Shown: positions 15,608 to 26,424, numbered from the stretch's first letter. The stretch is DNA of 64,000 bases from an uncultured Gemmataceae bacterium (GCA_963750165.1 CAVVPN010000004.1:1056001-1120000), one strand, 5' to 3'. A program made the numbers and translations. Notes: generated by a model from the letters alone, not told the origin.

Positions 15608-15702
15608 ACCACCTGAAGACGCTGTGAGCCCCTGGCGGGCGTGTTTCGCACACGGGCCGCCAGGGGCTCGCGGCTTTCCCGCATGACGAAAGGCGGTACC
15701 TC

Positions 15703-16529
15703 ATGGCCGACGACGGACGGGCCTTCCCTTTTTTGCGCGTCAACCAGCGACCCGCGAAGCCGCGCACCACCGGCCTGACGGAGATGCGCGGGCCCTATTA
15801 CACGCCGCTGGGGCCGCGCTATTTGCAGGACATTCTGGAGACGTTCGGCGCCGCCGTGGACATCCTCAAGTTCGCCGGCGGCGCCTTCGTGCTCATGCCG
15901 CGCAAGGCGCTTCGCGACCTCATCGACCTGTGCCACCGTCATCAGGTGCTGGTCTCGACCGGCGGCTTCCTGGAGTACGTGCTGCCGCAGGGCGCCGCCG
16001 TGGTCGAGCGCACGCTCGGCGAGTGCCGCGACCTGGGCTTCGACATCGTCGAGGTGTCGAGCGGCTTCGTGACGCTGCCGGCGGACGATCTGGTGCGGTT
16101 GACGAAGCGCGTGCAGCAGGCGGGGCTGAAGGCCAAGCCGGAGGTCGGCATTCAGTTCGGCGCCGGCGGCGCCACCTCGGCCGAGGCGCTGGCGGCGGAG
16201 GGCACGCGCGATGTCGGCAGCGCCGCCCGGCTGGCGCGGCAACACCTCGACGCGGGAGCCGAACTCATCATGATCGAGTCGGAGGGCATCACCGAGAACG
16301 TGCACAGCTGGCGCACCGACGCGGTGGCGCGGTTGGTCGAGGCGATCGGCCTGGAACGGCTGATGTTCGAGGCCGCTGACCCGCCGGTCTTCACCTGGTA
16401 CGTCAAGACCTTCGGCCCCGAGGTCAACCTGTTCGTCGATCACAGCCAGGTCGTGCAGCTGGAGTGCCTGCGCGCGGCATCTGGGGCACGATGGATGTCT
16501 GGGGCCGCGTGCTCACGTATAAGCCGTGA
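15703..16529 (+). CDS. comA: Phosphosulfolactate synthase (frameshift near 16475)
   Basis: KPRTTGLTEMRGPYY, LKFAGG, EVSSGF, MIESEG, FEAA, NLFVDHS. One added base gives LRAGIWG and a stop at 16529. Confidence 0.85.
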
Positions 16530-16587
16530 CGCATGCGTCGGCGGCCCCGGTGTGCGGGCCGTCGCGCGCTTTCTACGATGACGCCAG

Positions 16588-18372
16588 GTGCGCTTGATCC
16601 CAGGTTCCTGGCGGCGAGGTGGAGTGGTGCGGCAAGTCTGGCTGCGACGGGCGTGGGGAACAGCCCAAAATCTGCTGGAGCGGCCGCGCGGCCTCAACTG
16701 GGTGGACCCACTGCTGCTGCTCGGCCTGGTCGGCCTGGTCTTCGGCCTCTTCCACCTGAGCCGCGCCTGGACCGCGGAGCCGCGGCCCACCGTCGAGATC
16801 GACCTGTCCCCCGCCGCGCTGCCGCTGTACACCTTCTTCTCATTGATGCGCGGCCTGCTGGCCTACGTGCTGTCGCTCGGCTTCACGCTGGTCTACGGTT
16901 ACTGGGCGGCGCGCGACGCCCGGGCCGAGCGTGTGCTGATCCCACTGCTCGACATCCTGCAAAGCATTCCCGTGCTCGGCTTCATGCCCGGCCTGGTGCT
17001 GGCGCTGGTGGCGGTGTTCCCCGGCAGCAACGTCGGCCTGGAACTGGCGGCGGTCATCATGATCTTCACCGGCCAGGCGTGGAACATGACCTTCAGCTTC
17101 TACCATTCGCTGCGCAGCCTGCCGGCGGACCTGCTCGAAGTGGGCCGCGTCTACCGCTTCGGCTGGTGGCGGCGCTTCCGCTGGATCGAACTGCCCTTCT
17201 CGACGCTCGGCCTGGTCTGGAACAGCATGATGAGCATGGCCGGCGGCTGGTTCTTCCTGATGATTAACGAAGCGTTCCGCCTCGGCAACCGCGACTTCCG
17301 GCTGCCCGGCGTCGGCTCGTACATGAGCGTCGCGGTTGAGCGCGGCGACGTGCCGGCCATGCTGTGGGCGATTGTGGCGATGACGCTGATGATCGTCCTG
17401 CTCGATCAGCTGCTGTGGCGGCCGGTGGTCGTCTGGGCCCAGAAATTCCGGGTCGAGGAGGGCGGCGACCAGGAGGCGCCGTCAGCGTGGTTCCTGGACT
17501 GGCTGCGGCGCTCGCGCCTGGTGGCCGCGGCCCGCGGGCTGCTGGCCCGGCTGTGGGCCGAGCCGACCGGGAAGCCGGCGGACGCGCAGCCGGTGCATCT
17601 ACCGCAGCGGACGGACGCCGGCGCGTGGGCGGGGTGGCTGTCGCTGACGGTCCTGGCGGCGTTGCTGGCGGCGCTGGCGTGGGGAGCCTGGCTGCTGCTG
17701 GGGATCCTCGGCGACGTGACGCTGGCGGCGTGGGGCGAACTGGTCGTCGCGGCCCTGTGGACGCTCGGCCGCGTGCTGCTCTCGACGGCGCTCGGCACGC
17801 TCTGGGCGCTGCCGGCCGGGCTGGCGATTGGGCTGTCGCCACGGCTGGCGCGGGCGCTGCAGCCGGTGGTGCAGGTGCTGGCGTCGTTCCCGGCGCCGAT
17901 GCTGTTTCCGCTGGTGATCGCAGTCCTGACCTGGGCGGGCGTCGCCCTCAACTGGGGCAGCATCGTGCTGATGCTGCTGGGTACGCAATGGTACATCCTG
18001 TTCAACGTCATCGCCGGCGCCATGGCGGTGCCGGCCGACCTCAAGGAGGCCGCGCGCAGTTACCGCATCACCGGCTGGCGGCGTTTTCGGATGCTGTACC
18101 TGCCGGCGGTCTTTCCGTACCTGGTCACCGGCTGGGTGACCGCTGCGGGCGGCGCCTGGAACGCCAGCATTGTGTCGGAGTACGTGACGTTCCGCGGCGA
18201 GATCCACGAGGCCAACGGCCTGGGGGCGCAGATCAGCGCCGCCGCCGCCGCGGATTTTCCGCGGTTGACGGCCAGCATCCTGGTGATGTCGGTGCTGGTG
18301 GTGGCCTTTAACCAGACGGTCTGGCGGCGCTGCTACCACCTGGCGGAGGAGCGCTTTTCGCTGACGCGCTAA
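16588..18372 (+). CDS. ABC transporter permease, double-domain nitrate/sulfonate (NitT/TauT) type
   Basis: LDILQSIPVLGF, WNSMMSMAGGWFFL, GGAWNASIVSE; two EAA-like loops. Confidence 0.85.
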   Translation: MRLIPGSWRRGGVVRQVWLRRAWGTAQNLLERPRGLNWVDPLLLLGLVGLVFGLFHLSRAWTAEPRPTVEIDLSPAALPLYTFFSLMRGLLAYVLSLGFTLVYGYWAARDARAERVLIPLLDILQSIPVLGFMPGLVLALVAVFPGSNVGLELAAVIMIFTGQAWNMTFSFYHSLRSLPADLLEVGRVYRFGWWRRFRWIELPFSTLGLVWNSMMSMAGGWFFLMINEAFRLGNRDFRLPGVGSYMSVAVERGDVPAMLWAIVAMTLMIVLLDQLLWRPVVVWAQKFRVEEGGDQEAPSAWFLDWLRRSRLVAAARGLLARLWAEPTGKPADAQPVHLPQRTDAGAWAGWLSLTVLAALLAALAWGAWLLLGILGDVTLAAWGELVVAALWTLGRVLLSTALGTLWALPAGLAIGLSPRLARALQPVVQVLASFPAPMLFPLVIAVLTWAGVALNWGSIVLMLLGTQWYILFNVIAGAMAVPADLKEAARSYRITGWRRFRMLYLPAVFPYLVTGWVTAAGGAWNASIVSEYVTFRGEIHEANGLGAQISAAAAADFPRLTASILVMSVLVVAFNQTVWRRCYHLAEERFSLTR

Positions 18373-19998
18373 GAACTCGTGGACCAGTTGATAGACTCGG
18401 TAGCAAGAATCCGCGTAAATCTCTTTTAGGCCAGGCCCTTGCAAGTCCTGCTGTGCGGGCCACACCAGGTCAGTCACCCCGAGCTGGCGTAGTTCCGCCA
18501 GGGCTGCCGCCCGCTGGCCCTCCTTCAGCAGTCGCTGCACCGCCTCCGCCCGCCGCAACCGGTCCCGCCAGGCGATCACCTCCACGTCCTTGTAAGGGAT
18601 GGCCTTGAAATCCACGTAAATCGGTACGCCGGCATACAGCCGAAAGCGCTGCAGGTCCAGCGGGATCACGCTCACGTCCTGCCGCTTCTTCGCGAGCGGC
18701 CGGAAATCGCTCGACGACGAACCGCGCGTGGCCGCCACCAGGTCCGGCACGCGGACGGGCACGAAGTACACCTGCCCCGGCTCACGGTTGCGCCGCACGA
18801 AGTCCATCACGCCCTCTTCCTCCTGGCCGGTGTGGAACGCCAGCCGGCCGACGCTGATCCAAACGCCGCCGGCCGCCAGCGCGACGACGGCCGCGGCGGC
18901 GAGGGTTCGCGCGAATGGCCCACCCAGGGGCAGGGCCGGGACGGCGACCACGCGCGTGAGGACCACCGCCGTGGCGACGGGCACCAGCACGGCGGACATG
19001 CGCCAGGGGAAGAGCAGTGCCAGGGTGTCGTTGCCGGTTAGCGCCTGGGCCGCGGTCAGCAGCAACATCAGCACATACGGGACGGCCAGGACGGTGAACA
19101 GCCGCGTCCGCCAGACCAGGGCCAGCGCCACAGCGATCCAGACGAGTTGCAGCCCGGCGATCGGGTCGAGCCAGAGGTCCGGCCGGGCGTGGTGCGGAAT
19201 GCGGACATTGACGAGGATGGCCTGCGCCTCGGCGAACGTCTCGGGCGTGGTCGGGCCGAAGGTGAGCAGGGCATGAGCGACAACCGGCGCGACCAGCAGC
19301 AGAGCCAGGGCGCCCAGCCCCAGCGCCGGACGGAGGCGGCCCTGCTGGAGGTAAGCCGTCATGAACCCAAGGGTGAGCAGGGCTCCGGGGAGCAGGTACG
19401 TCGCGTGGACCGTGGCGGCGAGGGCGATGCAGATCACGGCCAGCACGGGCCGGCCGCGGACGAACAGGGCGATGGCCGCCACCAGCAGGACGCCGAACAC
19501 GGACGGCTGGAACATGGGGCCGAGCAGGTACTGCCCGGCGACACCGGTTTGCAGATACCAGACATAATCCCAGCCCAGCCAGTGATAGCCGGCCCAGCGC
19601 ACCGCGGCCGCGTGGACGGCGACCAGCAGGGCGAGGAAGACGGGCCAGCGTCGGGCCGCCGTCTCGGGACCGGCGACCGCGGCGAACAGGCCGAGCAGGG
19701 CGGCGGCGTAGACGACCAGGAGCAGGCCGTGGTAAAGGTGGAACACCCACGGAGACAGGAAGCGGGCGGTCACGGCCACCAGGGCACTGAAGCAGGGAGT
19801 CGGATCGAGCGTGTTGGCCAGCCAGTCCTCGCGCAGCAGGACGTGGCTCGGCGCACCGCTGTCGGCGAGGCCGTGCAGGAAATACTGATTCTGGTTGGAA
19901 TAGTACAGCGGTGCCTGGCCGTAGGCGGCCGCGAAGGCCCCGGTCCCGAGCAGAAGCAGCAGGACGGTGCGGGCGGCGCGAGGGGTCGGGTTGGTCAT
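18369..19998 (-). CDS. Polytopic membrane protein (DUF6798-like C-terminus); true stop uncertain
   Basis: YYSNQNQYFLHG, RIPHHA, FRLxxGxPIYVDFKAIPY. The ORF runs on antisense to the permease, so a frameshift near 18375 is assumed. Confidence 0.65.
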
Positions 19999-20287
19999 GG
20001 GAATCCGCAACGGTGTGGGTCCGTAGGCGCCGGGGTTCGAGGCGGATTGCATTGCGCCAGTGCACACACACAATTGCTTTCGTACCACCGCGGGCCGGTT
20101 CGGCAAGTCCCGCTCCCTCAGCGGCGTTGTGGATATCCTGAACCTGCACGTCGCCGGCGGTGTCGTGAGGATAATACGGCAGCGCCTTGGCGGTTCTTGG
20201 TTCTGGTCGGAGCCCGAGCGCCAGTGCTCCGACCCCTGTGGGGTTGGTTCGGAATCGATCACTGACGGGAAGACCGGGAAAGAGAGG

Positions 20288-22312
20288 TCACTTTTGCTTG
20301 CCAGCCTCGACGCGGACATCCCAGATCAGCACGTTGCCGTTTGAGTAGCCGGACGCCACCCTAGCGCCGTCAGGGGAAACGGTCAAGCAAGTCACCAGAG
20401 TCGGGCCCGTAAAGGTCTTCACGATGGATCGCTTCGCCGCCTCGAAAGCACACACGCGCCCGTCCATCAACGCAAACCAAACGACTTTGCCATTTGGGGC
20501 GAAGGCCAACTGAGTTATCTCATCGCGCTCCGGCAAATCCCAGGAGAACTGGGATTCGCCACCCGGCCAACTGTGGAACACCAGGGCCGGGGGACGTTTG
20601 GCGACGCCAGCCATGCGCGGTGCCCGATAGCCAACGCATACCTTGTGGGAAGGAGCAACCGCGAAGCGATCCGGACCGTCCCCGATGGAATCGACCTTGG
20701 CCAACAATTTTCCATTGATCACATTCCAAAGTCGCAAGGTGCCGGCGTCGTCGCGCGCCGCCACTTGGCCGTTGTCGGCGAATTCCAGACCGCGCGGGTT
20801 GAACCCATGTTTTTCCAGTTTTTGTAAAGGGTTACCCGTCGCCCGTTCCCAGACGCGTAGATACCCGCTAGAGTTCGCACCTGCCAAACTTTTGCCGTCT
20901 GGGGACAGGGCAAGTCCGAGATAGGCTTGCTCATACTTCTCGCCAAAACGAGTAAGCTTGTTACCGGTGTTGGTATCCCAACTGAGCACGGGCACCTGAT
21001 AATCCAAACCCGCGGAAAAAAGGGCTTTGCCGTCCGGGCTGAGTAGCAGGCAAGTGACACCGCGATTTTGCGCCTCAAGACGACGCAATTCACGCCCCTG
21101 GCGCACATCCCACAAGCGGATGGAACCGTCCTTGCTCCCCGTCCACATTTGAGTACTGTCCGCGGTGAAGCAGGCCGTAGGCACTTCCGAAAGATGCCCT
21201 TCATCGGCCCGTGAAACCGGCTGGCCCGTCTCCGCATCCCAGATGCGGACAACGCCGTTTCTACATACCGCCGCTACCTTCTTCCCATCGCTGGAGTACT
21301 CTAATCCCTGGATTTCCAAACCGGGCCTGGGAGTAACGCGAAGTTTCTGTTGCGCCTTAACATCCCACCATTCCAGGGTTCCGGCGAAACCATCTCCACA
21401 TACCAAGCGAGAGCCATCAGGAGACAAGGCCACGGGTCCGGTGGCAGAGGTTTTCAGGCGCGCTATCTCTTTCATGTCAGGCAATTCCCAAACGACCACG
21501 ACGGAAGCTTTATCTGCCCTCCCCCCTGCGGCCAAGAATTTTCCATTCTGAGAGGTCGCCAAAGAACGGACAGATGGCCCAACAATCTTTTTTTTCTGGC
21601 GCCCTGAAGGGATGTGGAACAGGCGAACAGCGCCGTCGTCGCTACCAGCAGCCACGAACTCTTTGGAAATTGCCAGTTTGTCTTTCCGAGTGGTCTGGGT
21701 GACAAACTCTCGGATGGTTTTATCCTTGTCAACTTGGCACATCCCAAGATGCCCGCTCCACGAGACTGCAACCAACACGTTGCCCCCAGGAGTGAATCGG
21801 GCTGAATAAAATTTGTCCGAGTTGATGACTGCAGAAAGACGCTCGGGGGGGCCCTTCAGATTGGAGGGGAACAGAAAAACGCTGCCTTCATGAACGAAAG
21901 CTACCGTCTTTCCGTCTCCCGAGACAGACAACGCAGGGTGGACAGCACCAGGCAAACTGACAGCTCCTGTTGGATTCTTGAGCACGACCGGAAAAGCGGA
22001 CTCATGCCGGACATTTCCTGTCGCCACATCAAACACTCTGAGTTTGCCCCCACTATCAGACACAATCTTGGAGCCGTCAGGAAAGATCGCAAAGCTCCTT
22101 GCGAAACCTCCCGGGGAAAAGCGAACCGTCCCCAGCCGCATGAGTGCGCCGGGAGGCAACGGATCCTGATGGCGATCTATTTGTCCCATGGGTTGGTCCG
22201 GCTGGGCAGATTTTATTGTCTGCAGTTCCGTGAGTCCGGCAACTCCGATCAGCAGTGCGAGGGAAACCCATCTCATTGTGCGGGACAAACATGATGCCAT
22301 AAAACACCTCAA
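20288..22312 (-). CDS. Secreted WD40-repeat protein with atypical, AT-richer composition
   Basis: DRHQDPLPPGALMRLGTVRF leader and multiple WD repeats. Confidence 0.8.
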   Translation of the reverse strand: MRCFMASCLSRTMRWVSLALLIGVAGLTELQTIKSAQPDQPMGQIDRHQDPLPPGALMRLGTVRFSPGGFARSFAIFPDGSKIVSDSGGKLRVFDVATGNVRHESAFPVVLKNPTGAVSLPGAVHPALSVSGDGKTVAFVHEGSVFLFPSNLKGPPERLSAVINSDKFYSARFTPGGNVLVAVSWSGHLGMCQVDKDKTIREFVTQTTRKDKLAISKEFVAAGSDDGAVRLFHIPSGRQKKKIVGPSVRSLATSQNGKFLAAGGRADKASVVVVWELPDMKEIARLKTSATGPVALSPDGSRLVCGDGFAGTLEWWDVKAQQKLRVTPRPGLEIQGLEYSSDGKKVAAVCRNGVVRIWDAETGQPVSRADEGHLSEVPTACFTADSTQMWTGSKDGSIRLWDVRQGRELRRLEAQNRGVTCLLLSPDGKALFSAGLDYQVPVLSWDTNTGNKLTRFGEKYEQAYLGLALSPDGKSLAGANSSGYLRVWERATGNPLQKLEKHGFNPRGLEFADNGQVAARDDAGTLRLWNVINGKLLAKVDSIGDGPDRFAVAPSHKVCVGYRAPRMAGVAKRPPALVFHSWPGGESQFSWDLPERDEITQLAFAPNGKVVWFALMDGRVCAFEAAKRSIVKTFTGPTLVTCLTVSPDGARVASGYSNGNVLIWDVRVEAGKQK

Positions 22313-22439
22313 TGCTCCATCGGTTCAAGGCAGTCAGGGATGGGTAGCTTCGGGGCCGATCTACCAGCCCGACGACTTTCAAGAACTCGCCGCGATACTC
22401 GGCCAGTACTGATATCGATGACTGCCTTACACCCGAACC

Positions 22440-22502
22440 GCAAGGGCGCCCAATCTCGACGTATGAAAAAGTTGGCTCCCTTGGCTCCCTTGGCTCCCTT
22501 GC
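22440..22502 (+). repeat. R3 terminal motif, copy 2
   Basis: GCAAGGGCGCC...(TTGGCTCCC)x3-TTGC. Confidence 0.85.
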
Positions 22503-22553
22503 TGTGGCTATCCATGCCAGCGGAGGACGGGCGATGCCACCCGTGCGGAGCGC

Positions 22554-23636
22554 CTACTTGACCAGCTTCAACACGCGGTCGTTGTTGCTGTCCACGATGT
22601 ACAGCTCGCCCGCCGGGCTCACGTAGACGCCGTGCGGTTCGTTGAACTGCGCCTGCAGTGGCGGCCCGTCGCCGCCCTGGCTGCCCTTCTTGCCGGTGCC
22701 GGCGACGCGCACGATGGTCCCGTCCTTGACGACGTACTTGCGGATGACATGGTTGGCCGTGTCCGCGATGATGACGTTGCCGTCGCGGTCCATGCACAGG
22801 TGCTTCGGCCCGTTCAGCGTTGCCTTGAGCGCCGGGCCGCCGTCACCGCTCAGGCCCGCCTTGCCGGTGCCCGCCACTGTGCGAATCTTGCCGGCCGCGT
22901 TCACCACCCGCAGTGCGTGGCCGCCGCGCTCCAGGATGTAGACGTTACCCTTATCGTCCACCGTCACCGCGCGCGGATCGACCAGCGGCGCCGCCTTCGC
23001 GTCGGCGCCGTCCGCCGGTACGCCCTTCTTGCCGTTGCCGGCCACCAACCGCACCACCCCGGTGGCCAGATTCAGCACCCGCACACGGCGGTTGTCCAGG
23101 TCCGCCAGGTACAGGTTCTCGCCCCTGGGATCGAGGGTGACGCAGTAGATGCCGCCGAACTGCGCCTTGACCGCCGGGCCGCCGTCGCCGCCGTAGCCCT
23201 TGACGCCGGTGCCCGCCACGGTTGCGATGATGCCCGTCTTGCCGTCGATCCTGCGCACCTTGTTATTCCAGGTGTCGGCGACATAAATGTCGCCGGCGGG
23301 GGTGACGGCCAGGTTGTGCATGCCGTTGAAGGTGGCGCGCAGCGCCGGGCCGCCGTCGCCGCCGGCGCCCTTCTGACCGGTGCCGGCGACGGTCGCCAGC
23401 AGTCCCGTTTTGTCGATCTTGTGGACGCGGCCGCCGTTCAGCTCGACCAGGTAGGCGTTGCCGGCGCGGTCGAAGTCGATGCCGAACGGTGTGACCAGCT
23501 TGGCCTGCGTCGCCGGCGCCGGCTCGCCGCGCCTGTCGCCGCCGCCAGCCACACGCACGAGCCTGTCCGCCCGCGTCGGTGCCACCACCGTCAGCGCCAG
23601 CACCACCGCCAGCAGCCCTTGACCCATCCTGTGCAT
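22554..23636 (-). CDS. NHL-repeat beta-propeller secreted protein
   Basis: Repeated VAGTGxKGxxGDGGPA and YxADxxNxxVR; signal peptide. Confidence 0.88.
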   Translation of the reverse strand: MHRMGQGLLAVVLALTVVAPTRADRLVRVAGGGDRRGEPAPATQAKLVTPFGIDFDRAGNAYLVELNGGRVHKIDKTGLLATVAGTGQKGAGGDGGPALRATFNGMHNLAVTPAGDIYVADTWNNKVRRIDGKTGIIATVAGTGVKGYGGDGGPAVKAQFGGIYCVTLDPRGENLYLADLDNRRVRVLNLATGVVRLVAGNGKKGVPADGADAKAAPLVDPRAVTVDDKGNVYILERGGHALRVVNAAGKIRTVAGTGKAGLSGDGGPALKATLNGPKHLCMDRDGNVIIADTANHVIRKYVVKDGTIVRVAGTGKKGSQGGDGPPLQAQFNEPHGVYVSPAGELYIVDSNNDRVLKLVK

Positions 23637-23855
23637 GGCCCGCTCCCTTCCGAAACGTGAGGCGATTGCCTGGGGTTCTCGCTCCATCTTAATCGCCGGG
23701 GCCCATCGGTCAACCTGGGGCGGTTGTGCCGGCCGCGGCAGGCGCGGCCCACCGGCGCGGCGACATTTATTATTTCTAAGCAAGTTGGCCCCGCTGGCGG
23801 TCGATAATTCTCCCTGGAACACTCAGCCGCCCCCCAGGGCAAAGGAGGTGCCACG

Positions 23856-24092
23856 GTGGCGCGTGAATTGAACGTCCTGGCCTTGATTAAGGGGCAAGAA
23901 CGCTACATCTTCGTCTATGATGACGAGAGCCGGTCGGAGTTGATCGATGCCTTCCGCGATCACGCCGCCGACCCGCGGCTGAGTTTCAACTGGTTCGACG
24001 CGGCGGTGCTGACCGACAAGGCTCGCGCCCAGGCGGCCGCCGTGGACGCCGAGGCCGACGCGGCACCGCTGCCCTCGACCCGCCGCCTGTGA
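23856..24092 (+). CDS. Small hypothetical protein upstream of xerC
   Basis: AGGAGG RBS; NVLALIKGQERYIFVYDD...LSFNWFDAAVL. Confidence 0.7.
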   Translation: MARELNVLALIKGQERYIFVYDDESRSELIDAFRDHAADPRLSFNWFDAAVLTDKARAQAAAVDAEADAAPLPSTRRL

Positions 24093-24113
24093 CCGCCCAC
24101 CAAGGACCGCAGC

Positions 24114-25028
24114 ATGGATGAGGCACTGGCCGAATTCCTCCGCCACCTGGCTCTGGAAAAAAATGCCTCGCCGAACACCGTCAAGTCCTATCGCGAGGAC
24201 CTGACGCAGGCGCTGGGCTTTTTCCGCACCCGGTTGGGGGACCGGTCGGCGGCCGTGTCGGCGCTGACGACCCGGCTGCTGCGCGCCTACACCGTCTGGC
24301 TGCACGAACAGGGCTACGCCAAAACGACCATCGCCCGCCGCATTGCCTCAGTGCGGGCGTGGTGCCGGTTCCTGTGCCGGCAGGGCGTGCTCAGCGCCAA
24401 CCCCGCCGACGGCCTGCGCGGCCCGCGTCAGGACAAGAAACTGCCGCACTTCCTCGCCCAGGGGGAGATTACTCGCCTCCTCGAAGCGCCTGGCAGTGCG
24501 ACACCGCTGGCCCTGCGCGACCGGGCCTGGCTGGAGACGTTGTACTCCGCCGGGCTGCGCGTCAGTGAGCTGACGGGCCTGAACCTGGCCGACCTGGACC
24601 TGGACGCCAGCCTGACGACGGTGCGCGGCAAGGGCCGGCGTGAACGGCTGGCCATCCTGGGCCCGAACGCCGTGCAGGCGCTGCGGGACTGGCTGGCGGT
24701 GCGCGGCCAGGTGGGCGTGCGACCCGACGGCTTCCGGCCGCGCGGGGCACAGGATGCGGTGTTCCTGAACAAGAACGGCACCCGGTTGACGGCGCGGAGC
24801 GTCGGCCGGCTATTAGAGAAGTACCTCGCCCAGGTAGGGCTGGACCCGCGCACCAGTCCGCACACGCTGCGGCACAGTTTCGCGACGCATCTGCTCGATA
24901 ACGGCGCGGACATCCGCAGTGTGCAGGAATTGCTCGGCCATCGCAGCCTGGGCACCACGCAAATTTACACTCATGTGACCACGCAGCGGTTGCGCGATCA
25001 CTACCAGAAGGCTCATCCACGCGCCTGA
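24114..25028 (+). CDS. xerC: Tyrosine recombinase XerC
   Basis: SAM-like N-domain; RDRA..ETLYSAGLRVSEL, GKG, HTLRHSFATHLL, LGH, TTQIYTHV. Confidence 0.88.
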   Translation: MDEALAEFLRHLALEKNASPNTVKSYREDLTQALGFFRTRLGDRSAAVSALTTRLLRAYTVWLHEQGYAKTTIARRIASVRAWCRFLCRQGVLSANPADGLRGPRQDKKLPHFLAQGEITRLLEAPGSATPLALRDRAWLETLYSAGLRVSELTGLNLADLDLDASLTTVRGKGRRERLAILGPNAVQALRDWLAVRGQVGVRPDGFRPRGAQDAVFLNKNGTRLTARSVGRLLEKYLAQVGLDPRTSPHTLRHSFATHLLDNGADIRSVQELLGHRSLGTTQIYTHVTTQRLRDHYQKAHPRA

Positions 25029-25140
25029 GTTATTAGTCATGAGTCATGAGTCATTAGTCATTAGTTGGCCAAAGTAATTGTAGGTTCTCGGACCCGGTTC
25101 AAGCCAACTAATGACTAATGACTAATGACTAATGACTCAG
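25025..25140. repeat. Heptamer (TAGTCAT/ATGACTA) inverted tandem repeat hairpin
   Basis: Five-unit left arm and four-unit right arm joined by TTGGC/GCCAA. Confidence 0.9.
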
Positions 25141-25197
25141 CTGGAGACACGTATCGGCCAACCCCTTCCTGATTTGACAGCTCCAAGGATCACGACC

Positions 25198-26337
25198 ATG
25201 CGTACCCCACTTGTCGGCTGCCTCCTCGCCTTGTCCCTCTCGTTGCTGGCGCCCGAGTTGGTTGACGCACAGGACGTGAAGTGGCGTAGCGACTACGCCA
25301 GCGCCCGCCGCGAGGCGGAAGCCAAGGGGCTGCCGCTCGTGCTCGACTTCGGCACCGCCGGCTGCGGCTATTGCGTCAAGATGGATCTGACCACCTTCCG
25401 CGATGAGTCCGTCATCAAGGCGATGAACGAGAAGTTTATCCCGCTCAAGATCGACGCTGACAAGGAGCCGAACCTGGCGCAGTTGCTGAACATCCGGGTC
25501 TACCCGACCGTGGTGCTGGCGGCGCCGGACGGCAAAATCCTCGGCCAAATGGATGGCTACTACGACGCCAACCGCTTCTACGAGAACCTGCAGCGTGCCC
25601 TGGCCATGGTCGCCAACCCCGACTGGATGTTGCGCGACTATCGCGAGGCCATGAAGGCGCGCGACAAGGGCGACTGCGCTCGCGCCGTGGCGCTGCTGCG
25701 AACCATCCTGGAAGACAACAAGGGCCGGCCCGTACAACAGCACGCCGAGAAGTTGCTGAAGGAACTGGAGCAGCAGGCCGTGGCCCGGTTGGGGCAGGCG
25801 AAGCATCTGCACGAACGGGGCCAGACGGCGGAGGCGATGGACACCTTGACGGTGGTGGTGCGCGACTACGCCGGCACGGCGCCGGCGCGGGATGCGGCCG
25901 AACTGCTCCGCGTGCTGGCGAAGAACCCGGAAGTGCGAACCGCCCAGCAGGGCCGACGGGCGGCGGACCTGCTGGCGCAGGCGAAGAAGGATTTCGAGGC
26001 GCGGCAGTTCCTGGCGTGCATCGAGCGTTGCGAGACGCTGACCGCCAGCTACGGCGACCGGCCGGAGGCGGCCGAGGCGATGGAGATGGTCACGGCCATC
26101 AAGAATAACCCGGAGTGGATCGCGACAGCGTGCGAGAGCCTGAGCGACCGGCTCGGCACGCTGTACCTGGCCCTGGCGGAGACCTGGGTCAAGAAGGGGC
26201 AGGCGCAGCAGGCGGTGCTGTGTCTGGAGCGTGTCGTCCGTGTGATGCCGGGCTCGCGGCACGCGGAGGTGGCGCAGGTGCGGCTGACGCAACTGCGCGG
26301 CGACCTGATCCAGAGTTCGACTTCGCAGAAACAGTAA
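25198..26337 (+). CDS. Thioredoxin-like (CGYC) plus TPR-like secreted protein
   Basis: Signal peptide; LDFGTAGCGYCVKMD; helical repeats. Confidence 0.8.
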   Translation: MRTPLVGCLLALSLSLLAPELVDAQDVKWRSDYASARREAEAKGLPLVLDFGTAGCGYCVKMDLTTFRDESVIKAMNEKFIPLKIDADKEPNLAQLLNIRVYPTVVLAAPDGKILGQMDGYYDANRFYENLQRALAMVANPDWMLRDYREAMKARDKGDCARAVALLRTILEDNKGRPVQQHAEKLLKELEQQAVARLGQAKHLHERGQTAEAMDTLTVVVRDYAGTAPARDAAELLRVLAKNPEVRTAQQGRRAADLLAQAKKDFEARQFLACIERCETLTASYGDRPEAAEAMEMVTAIKNNPEWIATACESLSDRLGTLYLALAETWVKKGQAQQAVLCLERVVRVMPGSRHAEVAQVRLTQLRGDLIQSSTSQKQ

Positions 26338-26416
26338 AACAAGACCAATCACGAAAACACGAAAAAGACAATAAATGAGGTTGTCTTTTTCGTGTTTTCG
26401 TGATTGGTCTTGTTTT
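26336..26416. terminator. Perfect 36-bp inverted repeat between convergent genes (REP-like or bidirectional terminator)
   Basis: AAAACAAGACCAATCACGAAAACACGAAAAAGACAA, 9-nt loop, then the exact reverse complement. Confidence 0.8.
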
Positions 26417-26424
26417 CTTCTGCG

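Larger units (their letters stand above)
20139..22502. mobile_element. Putative one-ended insertion carrying a low-GC WD40 gene
   Basis: Flanked by TGTGGATATCC (20128-20138) and TGTGGCTATCC (22503-22513); R3 motif ends exactly at the right repeat. Confidence 0.6.

Noticed and set aside
20139..20255. attC site downstream of the WD40 gene
   Set aside because: A TCCGAAC box and a short stem are present, but no matching outer box or L-box pairing; the stem overlaps a REP half-copy.
17599..20319. 906-aa ORF as a single protein
   Set aside because: The last 770 nt are antisense to the permease and the first 107 codons are intergenic; the real gene is about 18369-19998.
24114..25028. Tyrosine recombinase as the integron integrase or as the enzyme for the insertions
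   Set aside because: XerC-like length and motifs, no IntI-specific insertion, core-like context, 18 kb from the array.
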